Below the pieces are notes generated by a model. It worked only from the letters and a program-made list of their open reading frames with translations. It was not told the origin of the DNA and ran no database searches. A stretch of 64,000 bases of DNA, taken from Laetmonice hystrix (taxonomy: Eukaryota). Position 1 is the stretch's first letter; every line of letters begins with the position of its first letter. Positions 39,720 through 51,312 of this stretch are shown here, one piece after another. The DNA is taken from the NCBI GenBank assembly GCA_965235115.1, contig OZ249439.1:28768001-28832000 (forward strand), given 5' to 3'. The position numbers and the translations under genes are program-made.

Positions 39720-41197
39720 GATATCATTAAATGTGCACGTTTAAAATCACAGGAAAAATGCGGCAATCTGTCTGCATCGTGGCATTAAATGGTACACATG
39801 GATAAATGCCGCGGAAATTTAAAAAAATGTATTAATAAATACATGGTTATAATAATACTGACAACAATGAGAGTTAAATATATACTTGTTATACGGCACC
39901 TTATATACATGAAATGGTTCTTGACCTTATGGGTATCTCTGCATACCCAGTAAGAAGTGAGTTTTTTTCATCCCATTGGCCTCGTCTTCGATTTTTCACA
40001 GCTGTGGTTGACAGGGCTCCTAACGGCAAAGACGAAGGGCCATTAAGCAATTGTTTACAAGTGGCACTGGGCAGGACAATCAGACTCGACCGAGGCCGCG
40101 CTGGTAATGGGGGAAGGGAGACTGCACAGATGCATTATCGTGTATCTTTTAGATGTATTGGTCGGTCTCTCAGCCAGTAGGCTATTCACTAAGTGGGTTT
40201 GCGGGCCTCTATAGCTATAGTAGCTACTATAGCGCGCATCGTGGTCAAGGTTCAAACCGACATGATGCCGGAAAGGCTTCTCCATCACTGCTACTTGGGA
40301 GGTCAGACGGATGTAGGGTTGAGGCCAGGAGGGTCTGACTTTAATACCCTCACCAGGGATGTACGCCTCCTGACCTGAATGGTGTCACTGGGACTGCTAC
40401 CATTACCTACCTCCACCTAGAGCCATTTAATCCATTGCCTTTGCTGAGCGTCGCCCTGCATCTGGAAATACCTCATTGATAAGCCAGCAATCGTCTTGAC
40501 GGCTGATGCGGGAGACAGGCGCACTCGGGGTAAATTTCGTCCTGTTCCACCAGCTAATGTCGCTGGCATGTATATTTAATTTGCTAAAAGCCTTGCCAGT
40601 TCCATTAGCTAATACAATTAACGTCATTTTCTTTGCCTGCATTACCACGCCCATGTCAAAACGTATCTTGACTGATATTTCTCATTTTTCGTCGGGGCTT
40701 GGAGCATTTTGCTGACGAGAGTCCCGTGCTGACCAAGAGAGTCCATGCACCTTGTCATCTGTACTGTACAGGGTAACAGTTAGGTCGACGGTCTCCCGGG
40801 CAGAAACTGTTTAATCTACGAGCTTGGTGCCCTGTTGGGAAGTAGACTTCACCAATATAACCAACTTCATTTATAGACCCGGGCAACTGTTCTAATCAGG
40901 CGGCTTGGAAAACCTGCCTTCAGCTCATGATGACCTGAGACTATGGCAGGGGTGACGATACGGGATCAGCCTTCTTATATAGAAGTCGGTCCCAGAGGCT
41001 GGGGGGAAAAGGATTACCATGGAGACAGGGGATAGCTTTGGCCATGAACGATCCATCCGGGAGGAACACTTGACATTCACCCACCAACCAGGGCAAGCTC
41101 CCCCCCCCCCCGCCTCCTCCCGCCTCGCTCCAGGCGCGGTAATTAGCGGTTCAATAATGCTTGTCTCCAAGTGGTTGGAAACAAACTTGCAACAAAT

Positions 41198-41381
41198 CCA
41201 GGCCATGGTTTTTAGTTTGGAAACTGAGTCTTAAGATTCAAATCTTAAGATTGAATTCTTGTTTCAGAGCTTCTGATTGGTCCTTCAAATGAAGTCAGCC
41301 AATGAGAGACCATAACACAAGTCAGTCTTAAAATTCCAGTCTTAAGATTGGTAAAATGACGAACTAAAAACTAGGGCCTGG
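41198..41381. mobile_element. Small MITE (CCAGGCC.TGGTTTTTAGTT ... AACTAAAAACTAGGGCCTGG)
   Basis: Imperfect TIR of about 20 bp and internal TCTTAAGA palindromes. Confidence 0.6.
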
Positions 41382-41407
41382 GCCAACAGTAATATTACAT
41401 AGCGTGT

Positions 41408-41447
41408 GATAAGATAAGATAAGATAAGATAAGATCAGATAAGATAA
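41408..41447 (+). repeat. (GATAA)n pentanucleotide microsatellite
   Basis: Visible run. Confidence 0.9.
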
Positions 41448-42538
41448 AATAACGACTGTTTTACACTTTTCCATGTACTTCATTTCTAAAAAAAGACCCG
41501 CTCCAGCAGGTGAGAATCTGGCAATTAGCCTAGTTTTACGAACGAACCCGTTTCGAATGCCAAGCGGCCTCGGGTCTGTGAAATTATGTGCTTTGATTGG
41601 ATATTGATAAAACATTAAACTACAGTGCCAACTGAAGTTCTTCCACTTCATCACAGCCTGTATCATACAGTCGTGCTAAGTGACGACGCCACACGGCAGA
41701 GTCTGTGTCTGGGTGTACTTGAATAATTGGGATAAAATGACAATTAGAATGTTTCCATGGTTTCAAACTTCAACATTGACTCAATCTCAGCAATGTTAAC
41801 GTGAACCATGTCATTGGATCGACATGCAAAGTTTTCAAATAATTCCACTTTGAGCGCCAGAGAAATAATTCAAGGTGCTCAAGGACCCAAGTTGGATGTT
41901 GTTGCAAGTGTTTTCATTAAGATACTAAGCGCTTTTCCTGCAACGGCAAAGTTAACGCTCAAACATGACCGCAACGCGGAAGGAAAGATTAAAAAATGTT
42001 CCATCTTTTTTTTCGGTCTCTCTTCCCTTCTGCAGCCTGCTCCGTATTTGGCAATGCCCGACGAAACCTGTGCCGTTGAGCGGAAGATTTTCGTCGTCGT
42101 TATACGCACCACGTTACACTTGTATACGGCTAGGTGCGGAAAGCGCATGTTTCATGCAACCAAGCACCTTCCCTCCGGGACGCAGGTGGGCGAGTGTCTC
42201 GACCAATCAGTAGAACACATTTTTAGTAGTACCAAGGCAGCCCGAGATTCGCATCTCGGTATCGCCTCTCTGCACGGATATATCAAGGGGCGCAGCAAAA
42301 TAGTTCCCATGGAATATTATTACGGAAACGTGGCTACTCTTCCGTCTCTGAGTTGACAATATCGAATGATGAATATATTACAGCAACACGCACACAGTTG
42401 AGGAAACATACTTTATATTTTGGATAGCCCAAAATTAAACTGTTTGGAAAGTGCATTGGTAAGGGATACCGATTGTATTGAAAAGGTTCATACGCATTAG
42501 ATGTATGGAGACTGTGATTCGTTGTTTCTAGGTGAGTC

Positions 42539-42753
42539 AAGTGCTGAACCCACCAAGGCGATTCCCCTTGCGACGCCCATGCGATTTTGACATCACCCTT
42601 GTATTTTACTGTAATTTTGAGATTAAAGGATGGAACCCATTTCTTGAAACGGAGATGGCCAGCCAGGAAAAATGTCAGAGTGAAATTCCACCATTAAATC
42701 AAAAATCGCATGGCCGTCGCAAGGGGAATCGCCTTGGTGGGTTCAGCACTTCA
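42539..42753. mobile_element. MITE copy B, same family as 31351-31567, opposite orientation
   Basis: Interior is the reverse complement of copy A; ORFs 31342..31563(-) and 42532..42768(+) are near-identical. Confidence 0.9.
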
Positions 42754-43157
42754 TCGTCACAGGGATGACATTCATATGCCGAACGTTTTCTCCGTATTGG
42801 TAGACTGTATTATGTCTATACGCCTAATCATCTTGGCTTAGGTTTGAATGGATGTAGGCCAGAATAGTGGGACACTCATCAATGTAGTCCAGGCAGACGT
42901 CTAACATCTAATATACGTCCCATTACAAGAGTCATTACCCAGTCTACGGGATAATGTACCGGCAGTCGCCTCATAAACTCTGGTTCCAGGGGGTGGATGG
43001 GACGGGGCGGGAGGGGGGGGGTAGCTGTTGTCAGGGCACAGACATCGCAGCACGGTCCAGTTGGCGGTTGATTTCATAGGTCGGGCTCCCACGACATACA
43101 ACTTTTGTGGGCCAGGGTTATATCCTTGGTTATATACCCACTTCTCGGACGTGACAC

Positions 43158-43498
43158 ATCGGTGTAACCGTTATTGTATGATTAGGGTTGTATCGGTGTA
43201 ACCGTTATTGTATGATTAGGGTTGTATCGGTGTAACCGTTATTGTATGATTAGGGTTGTATCGGTGTAACCGTTATTGTATGATTAGGGTTGTATCGGTG
43301 TAACCGTTATTGTATGATTAGGGTTGTATCGGTGTAACCGTTATTGTATGATTAGGGTTGTATCGGTGTAACCGTTATTGTATGATTAGGGTTGTATCGG
43401 TGTAACCGTTATTGTATGATTAGGGTTGTATCGGTGTATCCGTTATTGTATGATTAGGGTTGTATCGGTGTAACCGTAATTGTATGATTAGGGTTGTT
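43158..43498 (+). repeat. 34-bp minisatellite (ATCGGTGTAACCGTTATTGTATGATTAGGGTTGT), 10 copies
   Basis: Period confirmed at 43158/43192. Confidence 0.97.
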
Positions 43499-44149
43499 GG
43501 ATGATATAATTATACGGCTAAATGTAGTTAGTGTCAACAATGGCGTGATAATGACGATATAGACGTATAGATGTACCATATGTGGTTGTCGCTGTCGACC
43601 CGTATCTCTGACAGCTCTATTAGTAGTACACCCGTCCAGGATTGAACTATGATATTTTGGAATAGGTTTCAGTTAGGAGACGAGGAAGGTCAATTGATCC
43701 GGCATGTGGTACATTATTTTAAATACCCATGCAGGTTAGCTAAGTACAATTTTACATTAAACACTTGTATAAATTAATCGAGGTTGAAAATGGTATCAAC
43801 TTAGATACATGCAGATACATGCTGATATCGGGAAAAGTTTGAAACTCCTGTAAACGATATGAAACTACCGAAAGCAACTGTATCGCCTTCTTTACAATTC
43901 GATCTATCCAGTGTCAAGTTCTGTCACGACTGCTGACTGTCCACGGGCCTGGGGTCTGTGAAAGTTTTATGTGGGTCTTTGCGTGCCAGGTGCTCACGCC
44001 ACTGCCCCCCTATTTACCCCCTGGAACTCCTACCTTAAATATACTACCCCCCACCCCCCACCACCACCACCACAATAATCCTACGTGATGGGAAGAACGC
44101 AAAGAACGTCTGCCATTTTCCGGTTGTACTGCTCATTTCCACCCTAACA

Positions 44150-44560
44150 GTTGATCCTCGAAACACAGATTGCACGGACGTAATCCAGACGACAATAATA
44201 CGACACACGAACTGTACGTTTTGCTCTCCCTAATAGCATGACATTTCACCGCGTGTCGCCCGGCTGTCGTGACCCGGTCCGAAGCTAATGTACAAGTCGC
44301 CGGCAATGCCTGCTCGAGCTGCATGAGAACGATTGCAAAATGTTCTTTCATCTCCAAGTGCACAACAGCTACCTCCGAGGCTGGCATCGTATATCGTCGC
44401 TGGTTGTTTTCAATATCAGATTTCTCAGAGAGGATTGCAGATGGTGATGGCGACACGCATGGAGCCAGCGTGTACCTCTTTCAACCGTCCAACACGGGAT
44501 ACTGCCATCTGGAATCCAAACGGTGGATATATTATAATAAATACTCATCGAATGTACAAT
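44150..44560 (+). mobile_element. Possible decayed LINE APE-endonuclease fragment
   Basis: ERLQNVLS...YIVAGCFQ...FNRPTRDTAI loosely resembles L...IIAGDFN...PTR...ILD. Confidence 0.25.
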
Positions 44561-45500
44561 AGTTTCAACATGTAAATAGACACGAACGTATTGAATTTCA
44601 GGAACTAGAGCTACTGCTCTTATTGAGCGCATTTCATGTTGATTGGCAATACTGCTCATTGACATTGGGACTGGGCGGTGAAAAAGCTTCCGACGTGAAA
44701 GATATTCGTTCCTTTGCTACGAGTGGTTAAATCTAACGGTGGGAGTGGTTTGTATAAGACTCAGGTGATGGATGAAGAATGGAAGTCCGTACCCTCTACA
44801 GGACTACTAACGGGCGCCTTCCAGCACAATATTACAGAAAGCTTCGTGGGGCGAGATAAAGTTTGAATTTTTGGGGACAATTATGAAGCTCTTTAAAGCT
44901 GCACTGCAAGTAACTTCGAAAATAAAACACTTATAAATCTGTCATTGATAGCAACCCGTTGACATATGTGAAGACACACTGTTGCTGCAGTACTGCAGTA
45001 TGATGATCTTTGTTAACTAGGATTCAGGCCGAAGCTATAACATGATAATAGTAGGAGTTTGTATCTCCGAAAGTGGCGCTGCAAATGACGCAGAACAACA
45101 TCCCATAATGATCCCAAGTTCCGGAGAATCCCATGCTAACTTTCGGTATCTCTCCAACATATTTGATCATACGCTTACTTTGCAAATATGCCTCCGAGGA
45201 AACGGGCTTTTAAGCGACGAAAATCGATGTATCCAACAAAATCAGCTAAAACGCTGAAAAGGATAGCGGAAGTAGATCACCTGCGCGCGCATGAGGGGAT
45301 TCCCCTATTGACCGGTTATTCAAAATGGCCAAGCGGTTCGAAGATAGAGCGTTAGATCGCAACGGAGTCAGCTGAGCGTTCTCACATTACATTTGGTTGG
45401 TCTCACTTCAATTTATTTGAGTTTTGCATTGTGATATCAAGCTGATTTATATGGCAGGGGGTCGATTTTACAGGTATTTAAAACCGTTGGGCTTTGCTCC

Positions 45501-45803
45501 GGCCAGATACGTCCGAATGGCTAGTTATGTCCGATAGGAGATATGTCCGCAAACAGCTAGATGTGTCCGGTACTGGCCACATTTAGCTGACATTTGAGGA
45601 CATATCCGGATTACCAGACAAATCTAGCTGATATTTGCGGATATATCCGGATTACCGGACACATCTAGCTGATATTTGCACACATATCCGGATTACCGGA
45701 CACATCTAGCTGATATTTGCAGACATGTCCGGATTACCAGACACATCTAGCTGATATTTGCAGACATAATCTCGGACGTAACTAGCCGTTCGGACATCTA
45801 GCC
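45501..45803. mobile_element. MITE with TIR of about 33 bp and an internal tandem array of about 40-bp units
   Basis: GGCCAGATACGTCCGAATGGCTAGTTATGTCCGA ... TCGGACGTAACTAGCCGTTCGGACATCTAGCC; interior CGGATTACC(A/G)GACACATCTAGCTGATATTTGC repeated 4 times. Confidence 0.7.
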
Positions 45804-47289
45804 GAAACAGGTGTTAAGACGTGCAAACAAGCCAGGTGAGGTCGGATGTTTGGAAGGCCCTATAATGGCGAGGAATTGTGGCCATTATATTGCGCAGCAA
45901 CCAGTGCATGCTGCTATCATGGCCAAAAAGAAACCTGTCCTGTCAGTAACAAATACATAAATAATTATTGTCGATTGACAAAGTGATTGTACACTGATGA
46001 GACCATGATAATTTCTGCCAGGGTTAATATTTGCTCAAGCCTGTCCCTCGGTCATTGTCCCTCTCAGCTGAAAGATTAAACAAACACATTCGAGGGTATC
46101 CAGTTAACGAGTTTCGTAGTTCAGAACATAAGGTCAATACGCCCACCCGATACCGCCCGGACTTTGGGTGTGTGCTCGACGGAGTGAAAAATGAAAATCA
46201 TTAAACACACTCAGCTGAGCTTTGACCCTGCCGATGTTGATCACTTATTCTGGTCAGTCTGCACGTGAATGATAACGCCAAAGGTCACAACAGCTCTGGC
46301 CTCCCTGCATACCGTGGCCGAGCTGACCGGCTGGCTGTTCCCGACCGGCCTGTCATGCAGTCAGTATAGGGGTTTGCAGTCTTGTGGTTGGGCTCGGTCT
46401 CAGCCATCTTTGCGGACGTGTGGTCGCTCCCAGCCTCCACCGCCTCGATCGAATGACTCTGCTGATCGATGTTCGACTGCGCTCGCCTTGACATCCGGCT
46501 CAGATTTATTGAAGCGGAGACGCCGGATGTTTGCTCGTCACATCTCTTTGGTCACCCGAGTTACTAAAATCAGCATCCTGCCGGCACAGGCATCATATCT
46601 AATACTTCCTGCTGGTAGCTAGAGCTCTGCCCGCGACAATCGACCCCGCAAAAATAACGAGAGCGTCCCTCTAATTCGGTAGACGTCGACCCTTCCCCCT
46701 CCTACATTTGCCAGCTGTCGGATGTTGGTGGTGCCAGATTTATCTGTGGGCTCAGCCACATCGGCAGCCCAAACGACACAGAGCTTTTAATTGGAGCACA
46801 GCAACGTCTCTTGCTGATAGTCGAGTCATTCACATGGGTCAAAGGGCACACTTGTAAACGTCATACACCCAACGTTCCATTCAGAGTCAATCGCAGTGAA
46901 TATTCCATGCATGATATTTATCTGCATGGACATGGTTCATTTAGATTTAACCAGATATAGATGTGGTTGTCAAGATAGAATATTTACGCACTCCCGTGCC
47001 TTAAAAGTATTTTTATTATTACTGCGGGTCATGAAATGTTAAATGACAGATGCATGTGTGAGGAGCGTGGAGCATAGATCTTGAGCGCAATGACAGGGTG
47101 TTGACAAGCCCTTTTGTGTGGAGGGCCTAATGCCAGGCCATTTGTCAAAATACATCACTGTTCAATGGCGTGGTTCTCAAGGTGGGGACGTGGGACAGCT
47201 CAAGCCTACATAAACCCTCGATTGTGGGAAAACATTCATTGATGGGATGAATTCTTTATAAAAAAAAAGTCCATTCACGTCATACTTTA

Positions 47290-47692
47290 GTCAAGGAAGA
47301 TTACGCCGAGTTCACAACGATCTATGACGTACTGATACGTCAAGCCCTATGACGTACTGATACGTCAAGCCCTAAGACGTACTGATACGTCAAGCCCTAT
47401 GACGTACTGATACGTCAAGCCCTATGACGCACTGATACGTCAAGGAAGATTACGCCGAGTTCACAACGATCTATGGCATACTGTGTACTGATACGTCAAG
47501 CCCTATGACGTACTGATACGTCAAGCCCTATGACGTACTGATACGTCAAGCCCTGTGATGTACTGATACGTCAAGGAAGATTACGCCGAGTTCACAAGGA
47601 TCAGTTCCATATGACGTACTGATACGTCAAGGAAGATTACGCCGAGTTCACAACGATCAGTTCCCTATGACGTACTGATACGTCAAGCCCCA
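47290..47692 (+). repeat. Compound minisatellite: about 11 copies of a 25-bp palindromic unit plus 4 copies of a second module
   Basis: CTATGACGTACTGATACGTCAAGCC units interleaved with AGGAAGATTACGCCGAGTTCACAACGAT. Confidence 0.92.
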
Positions 47693-47953
47693 TGTGTCTA
47701 GCGAGCTCCGACGTTATCTGGGGCTCGTTCCTCAATTGGATGTGTCTGTGTGCCGGGTGATTTATGAGTAGGGTTGATGGAATGTCGGAAGCAGGATGTT
47801 TTTATCAGTCTCATCCATTGGCAATAGATGAAACAGCGAGACAAGGGGTTCGGGCGTGCGGACACTCGTCGACAACCAGGCACGAGAAGTAAGCCCAGAA
47901 CAAACATAAACTGAACTGATACTCTTGGCACGCCCTACCCGACTGACAATGAT

Positions 47954-50016
47954 CACTGGCTACACACTGATCATCGTAACGCGCGTTACGCTGATCCAAG
48001 ATGGACGATCCCGATGCTCGCTTCGCGTGTTTTTGTTCAAGTTACAAGGACTACGGTGCATCAACAACATAAAACAACATCTGAATATCATGATAACAAT
48101 GTGTGCCTGCCGTTTGTCTCAGTTTGGGGTCCTAGACGGGCGTAGATTAAGAGAAAATGGACGCAGAAGATTTGGCGATGATACCCGTAACGCGCAGCGC
48201 TGATCCCCGTAACGCAAGTTTAATTTGGTGACAGGATAGGCGTAACGCGGCACCTAAACCTTTCACTGAGCCTAAAGGTTTTTACGTAGACGAGTAGACG
48301 ACTTTCAACATCGGCTCGTGATCTGATAATGAATCTCAACTTTGTAAAGAGCATTAATTATCTACTTCAGTATGAAGGTAAAACCATGAGGTAGGCCTAC
48401 ACGTATATAATAGGGCCCGGATTAACAGCGTGTGTGATACTATACTATAGGTGTTACCATACAGAGTGTGTGTGGACCCCAGGGCGGGGTCACGAATCTA
48501 AGACATGCCTGGCAGGCACTATGAGAGATCGAGATGCTTTGTCCTTCCCCAGTACCCCGGGGTAGAGCACCCTGACTCCTCCGACAGGGAGTACGCTAGT
48601 GAATTTTGGGTATTAGCCACAGTGGCTAACAACTGAGGAAAAGAACTAGCCACAGGGAAAAAGTTTTAGCCACAGTTGTTTTAATGTTTTTTTTTAGGTA
48701 ACCAGAGTTCATTATACATGTATTATACAGTCTTAATTTCTCTGTATAATATAAAGTACATGTACTTTCATTTGCCAGCTGTATGTAGGCCTAGTGAACG
48801 TTTTTGGGGGAATAAGCTGTCCTATATCTCGAGGATAACTCTACACAAGTGGCCCTCTTGAGCAGCAAGAATATTGGGATCTAGTACAGGACACCTACAC
48901 CTCACAGGAGGCCTGGCCCAAATTGACGGGTACCTAGGATATATACCCTCTCATCACAGCGATCCCCCCCCCTGACAGCCCCCACCCCTCACACCCCCGA
49001 CCCCCGTACTGAGCGGGCGAGCTGCCTCCCCACCTTCATGCCATGTGACCTCAGCCATGCTATGTGTCGCCTGTCCTCTCCTGGTACACTCAGCCTGCCA
49101 GGTAATGGGGATATCATTTAAACTAGGCCTATATTACTCCTACAGGCTGACTGGCATCTGTCATAAACTCACCCCAGATGGACTGGACCCAGGGGAGACG
49201 GGCCAGTACTGAGGGCCGGCCTGACCTGGGGTAGTCCGTAGTAGACTAGGGGGAACAGAGTACGAGCGGCTGGCCTGGCCTGGCGGAGAGACCGGGTCGG
49301 GTGGGTCGGTCACCCTGGTCTCTGACCACCCACATGTCACACCGACACACGTGCTCCAACCACAGTCAGTGGTGGATCAGGCGTGGATCAGGCGTGCATG
49401 GGGGGGGGGGGGGACCTGGGCTATAAACTGGAGACAGCTGGAATTTGCAGGCGTGGCGAATTTGGTGGTTTATTTTGGCAGTGGAACTCGCCACAGGCTG
49501 GAAGTATTCGCGTTTGCGAGCGTGGCTACCGTTAACGTACTCCGTTCTACATGAAGTTAAACTGTAAAAACTCTGCCACAACCTGCACAAGATTTCAAAT
49601 AACACAAACAATTAAATTCCCTTCAAACGAAAACTGGTAAGAATGGTTTTTCTACTTGAAAGACGAAGAATAAAGGCAGTACAGCTTACGAGTGAATGGC
49701 AGACTAACCAGCAATGAGTCGCGTTACGGGTATCAATAATTCGCGTTACGGGTATCATTTGTCAACATGCTTGTCCGCGTTACGGGTATCACAGCGAAAA
49801 TCTTCGGAGCGATTTTTGAGATTTCTAGGCAATCTCAGGCGCCGAGGTTCACCAAACATGATGCCGCCATTACAATAAACAACTCTGACGTCTTACAGAT
49901 GAATCAGAGACACGGAACTGCTTGAAATACGCCTAGTTTTAGTTGAAGCGAGACCTGCCTTCCTCCATCTTGGATCAGCGTAACGCGCGTTACGATGATC
50001 AGTGTGTAGCCAGTGA
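47954..50016. mobile_element. 2.06-kb non-autonomous CACTG-ended DNA transposon (CMC/EnSpm-like)
   Basis: Perfect 57-bp inverted match 47949-48005 vs 49964-50020; three GATACCCGTAACGCG-type motifs at each end in inverted orientation; AT flanks both ends; no long internal ORF. Confidence 0.8.
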
Positions 50017-51235
50017 TCATAGCGAGAGACAAAAAAAATACCGTCTGCCAGCTTCTTTCTCTCTTTACTTATAATTATGATTTTCATGTCTATCAGGCAA
50101 AAAAATATTTTAAAAAAACAGCTTCTCTTTACCAAACATTTTCACACAAACAAAAAGATGAAAGGGGTCTGGGGAAGAATCATTACGAATTCAACCAGTC
50201 TGCCAAGCCAGCTGAGATACTTCGATGATATGGTTATATTCCATACTTGTTGGCAAAGCGTCCGTTGGCTCGGCACACCGAGAAGGAATATAGATGGCCC
50301 AGCCGGCGACCCGGGATTGGCCAGGGACGGCCCACTCATTATGCTGGGCTAGACGATACATACTCACAGCAGTCCGTGATCTCCACACACGTCCTGATTG
50401 AAATTCATGGTACAATGCGTGACGTTGAAATATGTAGAGTGTCGGCCGGAAGACCTCATATAGTTTGTTATTAGTATTCGTTGTCTCGAGCGGGTTGTGT
50501 GCGCGTTGCGCCGCATGCAGGGGGAGCTCCATACGAGACTGGCTTCCCGCGGGGAGCCGATACGCTGGAAGCTGAGCGGCTAGTAATTTGTTGTCGGGTC
50601 TGAAACTGGGGCCGGTTGGGGACACGGTGAGGGCGGCAGCCACAAAAAGCTGCTGTCAGGTGGTCACCGCCCATCACACACAGCCGCGGATTTATCGACA
50701 GCCTCGCTTTGACGACCGGAAATAGACGGCCGGTCGGCAGAAAAGAAATCCTGGGATTACAACTCGTTCGTACGGTCCCAGTATTGTATCGCTCGGAACA
50801 CGGAGCGTACACCGTGAAGCCACCGGGAGGAGGGCTCTGGGAGGTGAAGCGTTACTAATATGCCCAGAGTGAGACGCTTCCAGACGCACCAACAAAATGG
50901 GTTTTAAAAATCCGGTTTTATTAAGTTGATGATCACTACACTGTTTGCGCAGGCCTGCATTTCTATTTCCCGTTCGTCATGAATAACGTGGACAGCACAG
51001 GAAACGTCCATGACGGGAGGATGACTTCTAGCAAATTTGGAGTCACCGTTGTGACCGGAAATATACCAATGAAATACCACTGCTCTCTCTAACGTTGTTT
51101 GAAGTATAGCTTAGAAGTTAATAACTGATACGAGTTGTCTACAGATAATTATTAACGCTCGGAAATCATGTAAGCAACATATTAGATACCTTCGACTCCT
51201 AGCTATAGAAGCCATCTTCTATACACCAGACGGCT

Positions 51236-51309
<74 letters not shown>
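51236..51309 (+). repeat. (CT)n microsatellite
   Basis: Pure dinucleotide run. Confidence 0.98.

Positions 51310-51312
<3 letters not shown>

Noticed and set aside
40214-40233. Perfect 20-bp palindrome GCTATAGTAGCTACTATAGC
   Set aside because: Isolated and low-complexity, with no supporting context.
41808-42356. 182-aa ORF in intron 3
   Set aside because: No recognisable domain; within chance expectation for a 64-kb window.
45994-46075. CTGATGAG possible hammerhead ribozyme core
   Set aside because: No stem II closed by GAAA in the required position.
47290-47692. CRISPR-like palindromic repeat array
   Set aside because: Eukaryotic intron; the sequences between repeats are constant and short rather than unique spacers, and no cas genes are present.
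48680-48705. Strong T-rich acceptor TTTTTTTTTAG followed by GTAACC
   Set aside because: Donor is poor for a ratchet point, no plausible in-frame exon follows, and it lies inside a transposon.
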